Assembly: GCA_000433255.1 (NCBI GenBank)
Contig: HF998226.1
Location: 25,383 to 89,382, forward strand
From: Coprobacillus sp. CAG:605
GTDB lineage: Bacteria > Bacillota_I > Bacilli_A > RF39 > UBA660
Length of the DNA stretch: 64,000 nucleotides
Direction: 5' to 3'
Shown here: piece after piece, positions 1 to 12,040 of the stretch
Layout of the letters: every line of letters begins with the position of its first letter
Numbering within the stretch: the first letter of the stretch is position 1
Program-made: the position numbers and the translations under genes
The notes under the pieces: generated by a model
Databases searched by the model: none
What the model was told of the DNA's origin: nothing
What the model saw: the letters and a program-made list of their open reading frames with translations, nothing else

Positions 1-131
1 AGAAATTTCTAATTATATTCTAGATGAAAAAAGTGCTAAACGAAAATTAAATTAAAAAAGTGGTTGTCAAACTAAATAAAGTATGATATATTTATATTGC
101 TTCGAAAGAAAATTAGAAGCATTATAAACAT

Positions 132-208
132 GGCGATGTAGCTCAGCTGGCTAGAGCATCCGGTTCATACCCGGCAGGTCGAGAGTTCGAATCTCCCCGT
201 CGCTACCA
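132..208 (+). tRNA. tRNA-Met (CAT anticodon), with 3' CCA encoded. It could also be initiator or tRNA-Ile(LAU); these cannot be distinguished by eye.
   Basis: Hand-folded cloverleaf. Acceptor GGCGATG pairs with CGTCGCT (two G-T wobbles). D-arm is AGCTCAGCTGGCTAGAGC. Anticodon stem is TCCGG/CCGGC with loop TTCATAC, giving anticodon CAT. T-arm is GAGAG-TTCGAAT-CTCCC, followed by ACCA. Confidence 0.8.
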
Positions 209-219
209 ATTAGAATGCT

Positions 220-248
220 AAGAGAGTCTTAATTGATTCTCTTTTTTC
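220..248 (+). terminator. Rho-independent terminator downstream of the tRNA
   Basis: Stem AAGAGAGTC / GATTCTCTT with loop TTAATT, followed by TTTTTT. Confidence 0.6.
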
Positions 249-389
249 GTATGTTATAAAATTGTACTAAAAATTAAAGAGAAGAGCACTTAAAAACACG
301 TCAAATAAAAAACGCATTTTTACATTGAGACATTTTCACAAGTCATTACTTAAGACATTATCACAAATTAATCATAAAACTCCAAAATC

Positions 390-1067
390 ATGAAAAAAAC
401 TCTTGCATTTACGAAAACTTTATATTATAATTTAGATATATTTGCCTTAAAGAAAGACACGGGTGATTTTTTGGAACACTATTTTACTAATAATGAAAAT
501 TTAAGAAGCGAGTTACGCACTATTAAATACAAAGTAAAAGGTGTTCCTTTTTCATTTCTCAGTGATAATGGTGTTTTTTCGAAAGACGAAATTGATTATG
601 GAAGTATCGTACTAGTAAATTCCATATTAAAAAATACTAACAATGATAATTTAAATATATTAGATGTCGGATGTGGTTATGGCTTTATTGGCATATCACT
701 ATCCAAACTATTACACAGCCACGTTGATATGGTTGATGTAAATAATCGTTGCTTACATCTAGCAACCCAAAATATTAAAAACAATAAGGTGGATGCATTT
801 GCCTTTTATAGTGACGCTTTAGATAGCGTTAATAAAAAATATGATTTAATAATAACAAATCCTCCCATAAGGGCTGGGAAAAAAGTAGTAAATAAAATAC
901 TATTTGATGCGATGAGACATCTCTTACCAGGGTGCTCATTGTGGTTTGTTATTAGAAAAAATCAAGGAGCCAAAAGTGCAATCAAGGATTTAGAATCCCA
1001 AGGCTACGTAGTAGAGATACTAGAAAAAGATAAAGGATTCTATATCATGAAGGCTACCTGTAAGTAG
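390..1067 (+). CDS. ybxB: Class I SAM-dependent methyltransferase of the rRNA m2G/RsmC small-domain type, comparable to Bacillus YbxB
   Basis: SAM-binding motif LDVGCGYGFIG and the catalytic-site motif ITNPP. Its position immediately upstream of rpoB matches B. subtilis ybxB. Confidence 0.7.
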   Translation: MKKTLAFTKTLYYNLDIFALKKDTGDFLEHYFTNNENLRSELRTIKYKVKGVPFSFLSDNGVFSKDEIDYGSIVLVNSILKNTNNDNLNILDVGCGYGFIGISLSKLLHSHVDMVDVNNRCLHLATQNIKNNKVDAFAFYSDALDSVNKKYDLIITNPPIRAGKKVVNKILFDAMRHLLPGCSLWFVIRKNQGAKSAIKDLESQGYVVEILEKDKGFYIMKATCK

Positions 1068-1120
1068 ACTTACAAAAATAAAGCATTAAAAAATATTTTA
1101 AAGGTTGGGGTGAATAGAAA

Positions 1121-4100
1121 ATGGCATACAAAACAAAAAAATTTGGTGACCATGCAGAACGAAGAACGTTCTCAAAAATTAAGAACACCTTAGAGTTGAC
1201 AGATTTATTAGAAATACAAAAAAAATCCTACCAATGGTTCTTAGATGAAGGAATTAAAGAAACTTTTGAAGAACTATTCCCAGTAGAGAGCTTTACTGGT
1301 AATATTTCTTTGGAATTTGGTGATTATTATTTTGATGAGCCAAGATATTCTATTAAAGAATCTAAAGAACGTATGGTAAACTATGCAGCACCACTAAAAG
1401 TAGGAGCAAGAGTTTTTATCCATGAAACGGGAGAAGTTAAGGAACAAGAAATATTCTTAGGCGACATTCCAATGATGACAGATGCTGGAACATTTATCAT
1501 TAACGGTGCTGAAAGAGTTATCGTTTCACAATTAGTACGTAGTCCATCTATCTATTATAAAAAAGAAATAGATAAAAATGGTCGCCGTATTATCTCATCA
1601 GAAGTAATTCCAAACCGTGGTACTTGGTTAGAATACGAATTAGATGCAAGAGATATTCTATATGTTAGAATTGATCGTACAAGAAAAGTTCCAATTACAA
1701 CATTCCTAAGAGCATTAGGACTTTCTAACGATGAAGATATTTTAGAATTATTTGGTGATAACCAATACATCAAAAATACTTTAGAAAAAGATAGTACTAA
1801 GAATACGGATGAAGCTTTAATTGAAATTTATGAAAAATTAAGACCAGGTGAACCAGCAACCCTAGATAGTGCTAAGAACCAACTTATCACAAGATTCTTC
1901 GATAAATTTAGATACGATTTAGCTAAAGTTGGACGTTATAAATTTAATCGTAAGTTAAATGTCTTAGATAGATTACTAGGATGCACAATTGCTGAAGATA
2001 TTAAAGATGAAAATGGTAATGTTATTGTAAGCGATGGTACTTTAATTACTAAAGAAATTTTAGAACAATTAAGACCAATCTTTGCTGCTGGTTACAACGT
2101 TAAAGAAGTAACTATCAATGAAGAATTAGATGAATATAACAAAGTTCAAACAGTTAAAGTTTATGATAAGAAAGATGATTCTAAAGTTATTGAAATCATT
2201 GGTAATGATCAATCAATCGATATTAGAAGATTAACAATTTCTGATATTTATGCATCAATTTCTTATTACTTAAACTTACATGATAATATTGGTTCCGATG
2301 ATGAAATCGATCACTTAGCTAATCGTCGTGTTAGACAAGTAGGAGAATTAGTTCAAAAACAATTCAACGTTGGTATGTCACGTATGGAACGTGTAATTAG
2401 AGAAAGAATGACTACTCAAGAACTTGAGACAGTTACACCAAAAACTTTAATTAACATTCGTCCTGTAACAGCAGCCTTAAAAGAATTCTTTGGCTCATCA
2501 CAACTTTCTAAATTCATGGACCAAGTTAACCCAATTGCCGAACTAACAGATAAGAGACGTTTATCATCTTTAGGGCCAGGTGGACTTGCTAGAGACCGTG
2601 CTGGTATGGATGTTCGTGACGTTAACTCAAGTCATTATGGTAGAATTTGTCCAATCGAATCACCAGAAGGCCAAAATATCGGTCTTATTACATCAATTGC
2701 ATCTTATGCTAAGATAAATGATTATGGATTTATTATGACTCCATATCGTAAAGTTGTTGATTGCAAAGTAACTGATGAAGTTGAATACATGACCGCTGAT
2801 GAAGAAGCTGATTACTATATTGGTTCTGCAACAGTTACTTTGTCTGATGATAATGTTATTTTAGATGACCAAGTATTAGCACGTCTAAACGGTGAAACCG
2901 TTATGGTTAAGAAAGAACTAGTTAACTATGTTGATGTTGCTCCAAGTCAAATTGTAGCAATTACAACAAGCTGTATTCCATTCCTAGAACACGATGATGC
3001 CCACAGAGCATTAATGGGTGCTAACATGCAACGTCAAGCTGTACCATTAATTACTTGTGAATCTCCAATCGTTGGTACTGGTGTTGAATATATTGCTGCT
3101 CGTGACTCAGGATCTACAATTGTTGCTAAAGCTGATGGGGTAGTTGAATACGCTGATTCACGTAAAATTATCGTTAAAAATGCTAAAGGCAAAGATACTT
3201 ATTACTTAGCCGACTTTGAAAGAAGTAATGCATCTACTACTATTAATCAAAGACCAATTGTTAAAGAAGGTGAGAAGGTACATCGTGGTGAAGTAATTGC
3301 TGATGGACCATCAACTCAAAACGGAGAATTAGCCCTTGGTAAAAATATGACAGTAGCGTTTATGACATGTAATGGTTATAACTATGAAGATGCTGTTGTC
3401 TTAAACGAAAGATTAGTTAAAGATGATGTTTATACATCACTACATATCGAACATTATGATATTGAATGTCGTGATACTAAACTTGGACCAGAAGAAATTA
3501 CTAGAGATATTCCAAATGTTGGTGAAGATGCTCGTAAGAACTTAGATTCTAATGGTATCGTTAGAATCGGTACCGAAGTTAAAGATGGCGATATCTTAGT
3601 TGGAAAAGTTACACCAAAAGGTGTTCAAGAACTTACTGCGGAAGAAAAACTATTACATGCTATCTTTGGTGAAAAAACTCGTGAAGTTAGAGATACTTCC
3701 CTAAGAGTAGAGCATGGTGCTGGTGGAATTGTTCATGACGTTAAAGTTTATACTAAAGAAAACTCTGATGAACTACCTGCTGGTGTTTCAAAAATCGTTC
3801 GTGTTTATATTATTCAAAAACGTAAGATTCAAGTCGGAGATAAAATGTCTGGACGACATGGTAACAAAGGTGTTATTTCCCTAATATTACCAGAAGAAGA
3901 TATGCCTTATACAGCTGATGGTAAACCAGTTGATATCATACTTAATCCACAAGGTGTTCCATCACGTATGAATATCGGTCAAATTCTAGAATTACACTTA
4001 GGTATGGCTGGTAAAAAACTAGGCGTTAAATATGCTACTCCAGTATTCGATGGTGCTTCTCAACAAGAAATTTATGAACAAATGGAAGAAGCCGGTATGG

Positions 4101-4741
4101 ATCATGATGGTAAAGTAGTTCTATACAATGGCCGTACTGGAGAACCTTTCGAAAATAGAGTTTCTGTTGGTGTTATGTACATGGTTAAACTACACCACAT
4201 GGTAGATGATAAACTACATGCTAGAAGTACTGGACCTTACTCAATGGTTACACAACAACCATTAGGTGGTAAAGCTCAATTTGGTGGTCAAAGATTCGGA
4301 GAAATGGAAGTTTGGGCTCTATATGCTTATGGTGCTGCTCATGTTCTTCAAGAAATCATGACTGTTAAATCGGATGACATCGTTGGTCGTGTTAAAGTTT
4401 ATGAAGCCTTAGTAAAAGGTAAACCAATTGATCAAGCAGGAATCCCGGAATCATTTAGAGTATTAATTAAAGAATTCCAAGCTTTAGGTCTAGATGTTCA
4501 AATCGAAAATGAAAAGAATGAATTAGTAAGCTTAAAAGATATGGAACAAGATGAAGAAGATGCTGATTCACTAAAAATAGAAGAATTAACTAATAATGAA
4601 CCAGAAAAGAAAGAGGAAGAATCTTTAGAACCTCAAGAAGATGATACTTATGAGGATGAAGAAGAGGATGAAGATTATGATGATCTTGACGACTTAGAAT
4701 TTCCTGGCGACGTTAATGAAGAGGAGGAAGATCTTATATGA
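1121..4741 (+). CDS. rpoB: DNA-directed RNA polymerase beta subunit, with a long acidic C-terminal tail
   Basis: Unmistakable RpoB motifs ([20 protein letters not shown], rifampicin-cluster region). Its ATGA stop/start overlaps rpoC. Confidence 0.98.
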   Translation: MAYKTKKFGDHAERRTFSKIKNTLELTDLLEIQKKSYQWFLDEGIKETFEELFPVESFTGNISLEFGDYYFDEPRYSIKESKERMVNYAAPLKVGARVFIHETGEVKEQEIFLGDIPMMTDAGTFIINGAERVIVSQLVRSPSIYYKKEIDKNGRRIISSEVIPNRGTWLEYELDARDILYVRIDRTRKVPITTFLRALGLSNDEDILELFGDNQYIKNTLEKDSTKNTDEALIEIYEKLRPGEPATLDSAKNQLITRFFDKFRYDLAKVGRYKFNRKLNVLDRLLGCTIAEDIKDENGNVIVSDGTLITKEILEQLRPIFAAGYNVKEVTINEELDEYNKVQTVKVYDKKDDSKVIEIIGNDQSIDIRRLTISDIYASISYYLNLHDNIGSDDEIDHLANRRVRQVGELVQKQFNVGMSRMERVIRERMTTQELETVTPKTLINIRPVTAALKEFFGSSQLSKFMDQVNPIAELTDKRRLSSLGPGGLARDRAGMDVRDVNSSHYGRICPIESPEGQNIGLITSIASYAKINDYGFIMTPYRKVVDCKVTDEVEYMTADEEADYYIGSATVTLSDDNVILDDQVLARLNGETVMVKKELVNYVDVAPSQIVAITTSCIPFLEHDDAHRALMGANMQRQAVPLITCESPIVGTGVEYIAARDSGSTIVAKADGVVEYADSRKIIVKNAKGKDTYYLADFERSNASTTINQRPIVKEGEKVHRGEVIADGPSTQNGELALGKNMTVAFMTCNGYNYEDAVVLNERLVKDDVYTSLHIEHYDIECRDTKLGPEEITRDIPNVGEDARKNLDSNGIVRIGTEVKDGDILVGKVTPKGVQELTAEEKLLHAIFGEKTREVRDTSLRVEHGAGGIVHDVKVYTKENSDELPAGVSKIVRVYIIQKRKIQVGDKMSGRHGNKGVISLILPEEDMPYTADGKPVDIILNPQGVPSRMNIGQILELHLGMAGKKLGVKYATPVFDGASQQEIYEQMEEAGMDHDGKVVLYNGRTGEPFENRVSVGVMYMVKLHHMVDDKLHARSTGPYSMVTQQPLGGKAQFGGQRFGEMEVWALYAYGAAHVLQEIMTVKSDDIVGRVKVYEALVKGKPIDQAGIPESFRVLIKEFQALGLDVQIENEKNELVSLKDMEQDEEDADSLKIEELTNNEPEKKEEESLEPQEDDTYEDEEEDEDYDDLDDLEFPGDVNEEEEDLI

Positions 4742-7700
4742 TGGATGTAAATAATTTTAGAGGTATCAAAATATCTATTGCTTCCCCTGAAAAGATTAGG
4801 GAATGGTCTTATGGTGAGGTTAAAAAGCCTGAGACCATTAACTATCGTACTCAAAAACCCGAAAGAGACGGCTTATTTTGTGAAAAAATATTCGGACCAA
4901 CTAAGGATTTTGAATGTTCTTGCGGTAAATACAAGAGATTAAGATATAAAAATGTTATTTGTGATCGTTGTGGTGTAGAAGTAACTTCATCTAAAGTACG
5001 TCGTGAACGTATGGGACACATTGAACTTGCAGCACCATGTTCTCACATTTGGTTCTTTAAAGGTGTACCATCTAAGATGAGCTTAGTACTTGATATGTCT
5101 CCAAGAGACTTAGAAGAAGTATTATACTTTGTATCTTATGTTGTAATTGACCCAGGTCAAGTACCTTTAGAGAAAAAACAAACTTTATCTGATAAAGAAT
5201 ATCGTGCTTACTATGAAAAATATGGTAATGCCTTCAAAGTAGGAATGGGTGCTGAAGCTATCCAAGAACTACTTAAAGAAGTAGACTTAGATAAAGAAAT
5301 AGAAGATTTAAGAAAAGAATTAGATGGCGCTACTGGTCAAAAACGTGTTCGTTTAGTAAAACGTTTAGACTGCTTAGTTGCTTTCAAAGAATCAGGCAAT
5401 CGCCCTGAATGGATGGTACTTACAGCATTACCTGTAATTCCTCCAGATTTACGACCAATGATTCAATTAGATGGTGGTAGATTTGCTACTTCTGACTTAA
5501 ATGATTTATATAGAAGAATTATTAATCGCAATAATCGTCTAAAGAAATTATTAGAATTAGGAGCGCCTACAATCATCGTTCAAAACGAAAAACGTATGTT
5601 ACAAGAAGCTGTTGACTCATTATTTGATAATGGCCGTCATGGTAGAAGTGTAACAGCTGCTGGTAACCGTCCACTAAAATCTTTATCTAGTATGTTAAAA
5701 GGTAAACAAGGACGTTTCCGTCAAAACTTACTAGGTAAACGTGTTGACTATTCAGGTCGTTCTGTTATCGTTGTTGGTCCATCATTAAAAATGTACCAAT
5801 GCGGTCTTCCAAAAGAAATGGCTTTAGAACTATTCAAACCCCATGTTATTCATGGCCTAGTAGAAAGAGGCTTAGCTCATAATATTAAAGGTGCTAAAAA
5901 GCTAATTGATAATAAAGATGAATGTGTATGGGATGTAGTAGAAGATGTAATTACTGAACATCCAGTAATGTTAAACCGTGCTCCTACATTACATAGACTA
6001 GGTATCCAAGCCTTCGAACCAGTTTTAGTAGGTGGTAAAGCTATGCGTTTGCATCCACTTGTATGTGCCGCTTTCAATGCTGACTTCGATGGTGACCAAA
6101 TGGCTATCCATATTCCATTAAGTGAAGAAGCTAAAGCTGAAGCTCGTATCTTAATGCTTGGTGCTAACAACATCTTAAAACCATCTGATGGTAAACCAAT
6201 CGTTACACCATCACAAGATATGATTTTAGGTAACTACTATCTATCTATTGAAGAAGCAGGCTTAGAAAACGAAGGTAAAGTATTTAAAAATTCTAACGAA
6301 GCCCTAATGGCTTACGAAAGAAAAGAAATAAGCCTTCATACTAGAATTGCTATTCCTGTATCATCATTTAAATATAAATTATTTACTGATGAACAAAAAG
6401 ATAAATACTTAGTAACAACAGTTGGTAAATTAAAATTCAATGAAATTTTACCAGACTCCTTCCCATATATTAACGAACCATCAAAAGAAAATATTGAAGG
6501 AATTACTCCTAATAAATTCTTCTTACCAATGGGTGTTAATATTCCTGAAGAAATTGCTAAAATGCCATTAACTGATCCATTCGTTAAGAAAACATTTAGT
6601 AGTCTAATTGCTCAAGTATTTAAAAGATATAAAACTACTGAAACATCAGTTATGTTAGATAAATTAAAAGACTTAGGTTTTAAATATTCAACTATTGCTG
6701 GTATTTCAATCTCTATGAGTGATGTAATTGAATCTAAACAAAAAGGTCAAATTATTGCTGATACTCAAAGTAAAGTAGATAAAGTAAATAAACAATTCCA
6801 AAGAGGTTTAATTACTGAAGATGAACGTTATAAGACTGTATGTTCATTGTGGGCTAAAGCAACATCTGATATTTCACAAGAACTACAAACCATCGCTAAA
6901 GAAAATATGATGAACCCAATCTTCATGATGATGAATTCTGGAGCCCGTGGTTCTGCTAACCAGTTTAACCAACTTGCTGGTATGCGTGGTTTAATTGCTA
7001 AACCAACTGGTGAAACTATCGAAATCCCAGTTAAGTCAAACTTAATTGAAGGATGTAACGTAACTGAGTTCTTTATCGGTACCCGTGGTGGTCGTAAAGG
7101 TATCGTTGATACAGCCTTAAGAACTGCCGATTCAGGATACTTAACTCGTCGTTTAGTAGATGTTGCTCAAGATATCATTGTTAAAGAAGAAGATTGTGGC
7201 ACAATAAATGGTGTTGAAGTCACTGATTTCATTGATACAAGATCTAATACTATGATCGAACCATTAATTGAAAGAATTATTGGTAGATATACTGCAACTA
7301 AAGTAATTAACCCAGAAACTAAAGAAGTTATTATTGATAAAAATCAATATATTACTGAAAATATCGCTAATAAGATTATCAAAGCTGGTATTAAGAAAGT
7401 TGAAATTAGAAGTGTTCTAACATGTAATACCGTAAATGGTGTATGTCAACATTGTTATGGACGTAACCTTGCAACTGGAAACTTAGTTGAAACCGGAGAA
7501 GCTGTTGGTATTATGGCTGCTCAATCAATTGGTGAACCAGGTACACAGCTTACCATGCGTACATTCCACGAAGGTGGAGTTGCCGGTGGCGATATTACTC
7601 AAGGTCTTCCAAGAGTTGAAGAACTATTTGAAGCTCGTAACCCTAAAGGTAAAGCAACTATTGCTGAAATTGCTGGTAAAATTGCTTCCATTGAAGAGAC

Positions 7701-8439
7701 TAATGGTAAATACAAAATTATCATTGAAAATGACGTTGAAGCAAGAGAACATATCACTAACTACAATACTAAACTATGCGTAGAATTAGGCGATATGGTA
7801 AATGCAGGTGATCCATTAACTGTTGGTTCAATCGCACCAAAAGAATTACTTGCGGTAACTGACCCAATAACTGCTCAACAATACATTGTTAAAGAAGTTC
7901 AAAAAGTTTATAAATCTCAAGGTGTAGACGTTTCTGATAAACATATCGAAGTTATTGTTCGTAGAATGATTTCTAAGATGAAGATTTTAGATGGTGGAGA
8001 TACTGACTTAGTAGCTGGACTATCTGTAACATTAAATGAATTTGCTAATGCTAATAAACCAGTATTATTAACTGGTGGCGTACCTGCAACTGGACTTCCA
8101 GTAATGTTAGGTATTACTAAAGCATCATTAGAAACAGATTCCTTCCTATCAGCAGCATCCTTCCAAGAAACTACAAGAGTATTAACTGATGCTGCCATTC
8201 GTGGTAAAGTTGATCATCTAAGAGGGCTTAAAGAAAATGTTATCATAGGTAAACTTATCCCAGCTGGAACAGGAGCAAAACAATATTCTGATATTCAAAC
8301 AGTTTTAGAAAAAGAATTCATGGATGATGATGCTCAAGAAATGTTAGAAGAACAACTTATGGATGATACTGGCGAAGACAAAGTAGACGCTATGGTAGAA
8401 TCTGAAGAAGAATCTAACGAAGAAACTAGTGAAAATTAG
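4738..8439 (+). CDS. rpoC: DNA-directed RNA polymerase beta' subunit
   Basis: N-terminal zinc finger CX2C...CX2C, the NADFDGDQM catalytic motif, and the trigger loop and bridge helix regions. Confidence 0.98.
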   Translation: MMDVNNFRGIKISIASPEKIREWSYGEVKKPETINYRTQKPERDGLFCEKIFGPTKDFECSCGKYKRLRYKNVICDRCGVEVTSSKVRRERMGHIELAAPCSHIWFFKGVPSKMSLVLDMSPRDLEEVLYFVSYVVIDPGQVPLEKKQTLSDKEYRAYYEKYGNAFKVGMGAEAIQELLKEVDLDKEIEDLRKELDGATGQKRVRLVKRLDCLVAFKESGNRPEWMVLTALPVIPPDLRPMIQLDGGRFATSDLNDLYRRIINRNNRLKKLLELGAPTIIVQNEKRMLQEAVDSLFDNGRHGRSVTAAGNRPLKSLSSMLKGKQGRFRQNLLGKRVDYSGRSVIVVGPSLKMYQCGLPKEMALELFKPHVIHGLVERGLAHNIKGAKKLIDNKDECVWDVVEDVITEHPVMLNRAPTLHRLGIQAFEPVLVGGKAMRLHPLVCAAFNADFDGDQMAIHIPLSEEAKAEARILMLGANNILKPSDGKPIVTPSQDMILGNYYLSIEEAGLENEGKVFKNSNEALMAYERKEISLHTRIAIPVSSFKYKLFTDEQKDKYLVTTVGKLKFNEILPDSFPYINEPSKENIEGITPNKFFLPMGVNIPEEIAKMPLTDPFVKKTFSSLIAQVFKRYKTTETSVMLDKLKDLGFKYSTIAGISISMSDVIESKQKGQIIADTQSKVDKVNKQFQRGLITEDERYKTVCSLWAKATSDISQELQTIAKENMMNPIFMMMNSGARGSANQFNQLAGMRGLIAKPTGETIEIPVKSNLIEGCNVTEFFIGTRGGRKGIVDTALRTADSGYLTRRLVDVAQDIIVKEEDCGTINGVEVTDFIDTRSNTMIEPLIERIIGRYTATKVINPETKEVIIDKNQYITENIANKIIKAGIKKVEIRSVLTCNTVNGVCQHCYGRNLATGNLVETGEAVGIMAAQSIGEPGTQLTMRTFHEGGVAGGDITQGLPRVEELFEARNPKGKATIAEIAGKIASIEETNGKYKIIIENDVEAREHITNYNTKLCVELGDMVNAGDPLTVGSIAPKELLAVTDPITAQQYIVKEVQKVYKSQGVDVSDKHIEVIVRRMISKMKILDGGDTDLVAGLSVTLNEFANANKPVLLTGGVPATGLPVMLGITKASLETDSFLSAASFQETTRVLTDAAIRGKVDHLRGLKENVIIGKLIPAGTGAKQYSDIQTVLEKEFMDDDAQEMLEEQLMDDTGEDKVDAMVESEEESNEETSEN

Positions 8440-8450
8440 TTTCTTTTTTC
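8422..8450 (+). terminator. Rho-independent terminator overlapping the rpoC stop codon
   Basis: Stem GAAACTA / TAGTTTC with an 8-nt loop, followed by TTTTTTCTTTT. Confidence 0.6.
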
Positions 8451-8472
8451 TTTTGTATAATTTTTAAAAAAA

Positions 8473-8500
8473 TTAGCACTCTAGTATTGACAAGTGCTAA
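8473..8500 (+). promoter_or_regulatory. CIRCE operator copy 1 (HrcA binding site) overlapping the -35 of the hrcA promoter
   Basis: TTAGCACTC-N9-AAGTGCTAA compared with the consensus TTAGCACTC-N9-GAGTGCTAA. TTGACA sits at 8487-8492, then 17 nt, then TATTAT at 8510-8515. Confidence 0.8.
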
Positions 8501-8519
8501 AAATAAGAGTATTATATAC

Positions 8520-8546
8520 TTAGCATTTGAAAGAAAAGAGTGCTAA
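8520..8546 (+). promoter_or_regulatory. CIRCE operator copy 2, located between the -10 element and the hrcA start
   Basis: TTAGCATTT-N9-GAGTGCTAA, with the right half matching the consensus perfectly. Confidence 0.75.
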
Positions 8547-8552
8547 AAAGAG

Positions 8553-9569
8553 GTGGTTATCTTGGATGAAAGACAACAAAGAATCCTAAAGGAAATTGTT
8601 GAAAACTACATTAAATCAGCCAAGCCAATAGGTTCAAAATCTTTATGCCAAAAATTCAAATGTTCATCAGCAACGATAAGAAACGAAATGGCTATCTTAG
8701 AAAGCCTTGGATACATTGAAAAAAACCATATTTCTAGTGGGCGAGTGCCATCGGAACTAGGGTATAAATACTACGTTACATATTTGATGAAACCAAAAGA
8801 ATTAAATGGTGAAGAAATGTTGAAGTTACAAACCATATTTTCCAATCAAAACTTAGAAATATCGGATGCGATTACTAAGTGCGTGGATATAATTAGTGAA
8901 ATAACTAACTATACCTCAGTAATCTTAGGCAGTAGTTCCAAAGATAATGCTCTGCAACAAGTAAGTATTATTCCTCTTGCTAATAACAAGATAGTAGCCT
9001 TAGTATGTACTGATAAAGGCATCGTTGAAAATAAACAATTTACCTTACCAGAAAATACTAATATTGAGGAAGTAGTTAAAACATCGGAAATTATTAATAA
9101 AATGTTAGTTGGAACACCAATTAATGAAGTATCTGAAAGACTAGAATTTGACATTAAACCAATTATTGCTAAAAAAATAAAACAATATGAACAAGTTTAT
9201 AACATCTTCTATGATGCTTTCCATAACTTCACTAAAAACAGCTCAAATGTTCACTTTGGTGGTAAAGCCAACCTTTTAAAACAACCTGAATATGACAATG
9301 TCAGTGATGTAAAAAGAATTATTACCAAATTTGAAGATGAAAACTTACTAAGAAAAATTGATACTAATGTGGATGGCATAAACGTCTATATTGGCGACGA
9401 AAATGAATTTGATAAAGATGTTACCATCGTTAAAACAAAATATCATATCAATGGGGAAGAAGGAACCATTGCTGTAGTAGGACCAAAAAGAATGGAATAT
9501 GCTAAAGTAGTAGGGCTTCTAAAATACATTAATGATAATTTAAATGATGAAGAACATCATATAGACTAA
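8553..9569 (+). CDS. hrcA: Heat-inducible transcription repressor HrcA
   Basis: Family-level match of the N-terminal winged-helix region (QRILKEIVENYIKSAKPIGSKSL). The track start is GTG at 8553. TTG at 8562 is better spaced from the AAGAGGTGG Shine-Dalgarno sequence. Confidence 0.9.
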   Translation: MVILDERQQRILKEIVENYIKSAKPIGSKSLCQKFKCSSATIRNEMAILESLGYIEKNHISSGRVPSELGYKYYVTYLMKPKELNGEEMLKLQTIFSNQNLEISDAITKCVDIISEITNYTSVILGSSSKDNALQQVSIIPLANNKIVALVCTDKGIVENKQFTLPENTNIEEVVKTSEIINKMLVGTPINEVSERLEFDIKPIIAKKIKQYEQVYNIFYDAFHNFTKNSSNVHFGGKANLLKQPEYDNVSDVKRIITKFEDENLLRKIDTNVDGINVYIGDENEFDKDVTIVKTKYHINGEEGTIAVVGPKRMEYAKVVGLLKYINDNLNDEEHHID

Positions 9570-9579
9570 GAGGGATTTT

Positions 9580-10134
9580 ATGGAAGAAAAAAAGAAAAAA
9601 ATGATGGAAGAAGAACTTCCAAAAGAACATCAAGCAAAATGTGAAAAGCATTGTTGCAAAGATCACAATAAAAAGCATGATCATCATGAATGCGAATGCC
9701 AAAAAGAAACCGAAAATAAAACTAAGGAACTTAATGAAAAAGTCTTAAGACTATCTGCCGAGATGCAAAATATGCGTCGCAGATATGAAGAAGAAAAAAG
9801 TTCTATGGCTAAATATGAAGGCAGTGAATTAATAAAAAATTTACTTCCGATTCTTGATAACTTTGAACGTGCTATAGCTATGGATGCAACTGAGAATGAA
9901 AAGTACTTAGAAGGATTTAAAATGATATATGCCAATATGATTACAACTTTAAAAAATATTGGCGTAGAAGAAATTGATTGCTTACATAAGCCTTTTGATC
10001 CAAAATATATGGAAGCAGTATTAACTGAAGAAATAATTGAAGAAGAACAAGGCGTTGTCTTAGATGTCTTACAAAAAGGTTATATGTATAAAGATAAACT
10101 ACTTAGACCAGCAATGGTAAAAGTAAATGAATAA
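9580..10134 (+). CDS. grpE: Nucleotide exchange factor GrpE with an unusual Cys/His-rich N-terminal extension
   Basis: GrpE core ([17 protein letters not shown]... and the C-terminal beta domain). Its position between hrcA and dnaK also fits. Confidence 0.9.
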   Translation: MEEKKKKMMEEELPKEHQAKCEKHCCKDHNKKHDHHECECQKETENKTKELNEKVLRLSAEMQNMRRRYEEEKSSMAKYEGSELIKNLLPILDNFERAIAMDATENEKYLEGFKMIYANMITTLKNIGVEEIDCLHKPFDPKYMEAVLTEEIIEEEQGVVLDVLQKGYMYKDKLLRPAMVKVNE

Positions 10135-10154
10135 ATATTAAAGGAGAGATTATT

Positions 10155-11975
10155 ATGAGTAAAATTATAGGTATTGATTTAGGTACAACTAACTCATGTG
10201 TAGCTGTATTAGAGGGTGGAGTTCCTCATGTTATTACAAATCCAGAAGGTAACAGAACAACTCCTTCAGTAGTAGCGTTTAAAGGTGACGAAGAATTAGT
10301 CGGTGAAACTGCTAAACGTCAAGCTGTAACTAACGTAAAAAATACAATTTCAAGTATCAAGAGAAAAATGGGTACTGATGAAAAAGTTGAAGCCAATGGC
10401 AAGTCATATACTCCAGAAGAAATTTCTGCTAAAATCTTAATGAAACTTAAGAGTGATGCTGAAAGCTATTTAGGAGAAAAAGTTACTAAAGCTGTTATCA
10501 CAGTTCCCGCATACTTTAACGATGCTCAAAGACAAGCAACTAAAAATGCTGGTAAAATTGCTGGCTTAGATGTTGAAAGAATTATCAACGAACCAACAGC
10601 TGCTGCCTTAGCATATGGTATTGATAAACAAGAAAAAACACATACTGTCTTAGTATACGACTTAGGTGGTGGTACATTTGATGTATCTATCCTAGAACTA
10701 GGTGATGGTGTTTTCGAAGTTAAATCAACTGCTGGTAATAACCATTTAGGTGGCGATGACTTCGATCAAAGAGTTATGGATTACTTAGTAAGTGAATTTA
10801 AAAAAGAAAATGGTATAGATTTATCTAACGATAAAATGGCAATGCAAAGAATTAAAGATGCTGCTGAAAAAGCTAAAAAAGATTTGTCTGGTATGATGAG
10901 TGCTGAAATTTCTATTCCATTCATTGCTCAAAGTGCTGAAGGACCATTACATTTAAATATGACTTTAAACAGAGCTAAATTTGAAGACTTAAATAAAGAC
11001 TTATTTGATTCTACGTTAGATGCTGTTCATAAAGCCTTAAGTGATGCTAAATTAACTAACAATGATATCGATAAAGTATTATTAGTTGGTGGTTCAACAA
11101 GAATTCCTTATATTCAAGATTTAGTTAAGAAAGAATTAGGCAAAGAACCTTCTAAAGAAGTTAACCCCGATGAAGTTGTTGCTATGGGTGCTGCTATCCA
11201 AGGTGGCGTTCTAACTGGTGAAGTTGACGACTTAGTATTATTAGACGTTACACCATTATCACTTGGTATTGAAACAATGGGAAATGTTATGACTGTTCTA
11301 ATTCCAAGAAATACAACTATTCCAACATCTAAATCTCAAGTATTCTCAACGGCTGCTGATAATCAACCTGCTGTAGATATCCATGTTCTACAAGGTGAAA
11401 GACCAATGGCTTCTGATAACAAGACTTTAGGTAACTTCCGTCTAGACAGTATTCCTGCCGCACCACGTGGAGTTCCACAAATTGAAGTTAAATTTGATAT
11501 TGATGCAAATGGTATTGTTAATGTTACTGCTAAAGATTTAGGAACTAACAAAGAACAATCTATTACAATTACTTCTTCAACTAACCTTAGTGATGAAGAA
11601 ATCGAAAAGATGAGAAAAGAAGCTGAGGCTAATAAAGAAGCCGACGATAAGAAGAAAGCCTTAGCGGAAGCTAAAAATGAAGCTGATGCTACAATCTTCC
11701 AAACTGAAAAATCATTAAAAGATTTAGAAGGCAAAGTAAGCGACAGCGATAAAAAGTCAGCTGAAGATAAAATTGCTGAATTAAAGAAAACTTTAGAAAG
11801 TGATAATGTTGATGACATTAAAGCTAAAACTAAAGAACTAAGCGATATAGCTATGAAATATGCCCAAAAAGTATATGAAGAAGCTGCTAAACAAAACCAA
11901 GCAAATAATGCCAATGAAACTTCGAATACTGACTCTAAAGACGATGTCAAAGAAGCTAAATACGAAGAAAAATAA
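10155..11975 (+). CDS. dnaK: Molecular chaperone DnaK (Hsp70)
   Basis: The [14 protein letters not shown] and [12 protein letters not shown] signatures, plus a preceding AAAGGAG ribosome-binding site. Confidence 0.98.
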   Translation: MSKIIGIDLGTTNSCVAVLEGGVPHVITNPEGNRTTPSVVAFKGDEELVGETAKRQAVTNVKNTISSIKRKMGTDEKVEANGKSYTPEEISAKILMKLKSDAESYLGEKVTKAVITVPAYFNDAQRQATKNAGKIAGLDVERIINEPTAAALAYGIDKQEKTHTVLVYDLGGGTFDVSILELGDGVFEVKSTAGNNHLGGDDFDQRVMDYLVSEFKKENGIDLSNDKMAMQRIKDAAEKAKKDLSGMMSAEISIPFIAQSAEGPLHLNMTLNRAKFEDLNKDLFDSTLDAVHKALSDAKLTNNDIDKVLLVGGSTRIPYIQDLVKKELGKEPSKEVNPDEVVAMGAAIQGGVLTGEVDDLVLLDVTPLSLGIETMGNVMTVLIPRNTTIPTSKSQVFSTAADNQPAVDIHVLQGERPMASDNKTLGNFRLDSIPAAPRGVPQIEVKFDIDANGIVNVTAKDLGTNKEQSITITSSTNLSDEEIEKMRKEAEANKEADDKKKALAEAKNEADATIFQTEKSLKDLEGKVSDSDKKSAEDKIAELKKTLESDNVDDIKAKTKELSDIAMKYAQKVYEEAAKQNQANNANETSNTDSKDDVKEAKYEEK

Positions 11976-11988
11976 TTTGATAGATAAA

Positions 11989-12016
11989 GAAAAGTTCTAG
12001 GTGACTAGAACTTTTC
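11989..12016 (+). other. Perfect 12-bp hairpin (loop GTGA) with no U-tract. It may be an attenuator or RNA-processing stem between dnaK and pepF.
   Basis: GAAAAGTTCTAG pairs with CTAGAACTTTTC. Confidence 0.4.
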
Positions 12017-12040
12017 GACCATAATAGAAAAGGATAATTT

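Noticed and set aside
1555-1773. Small antisense or alternate-frame ORFs inside rpoB, rpoC, hrcA, grpE, dnaK, tsf, the pbp, the MATE gene and others. Examples: 1555-1773(-), 5877-6173(-), 7487-7783(+), 7917-8198(-), 8909-9154(-), 9684-9935(-), 11363-11950(-), 18330-18665(-), 21514-21726(-), 22515-22739(-), 22911-23153(-).
   Set aside because: They lie entirely within strongly supported conserved genes, lack ribosome-binding sites and have low-complexity translations. They are artefacts of AT-rich sequence.
4738-4741. Possibility that TGA encodes Trp (Mollicutes-style code 4)
   Set aside because: rpoB terminates at a TGA that overlaps the rpoC ATG. All conserved genes end at sensible positions under code 11. 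Cell-wall genes (PBP, lspA) are present.
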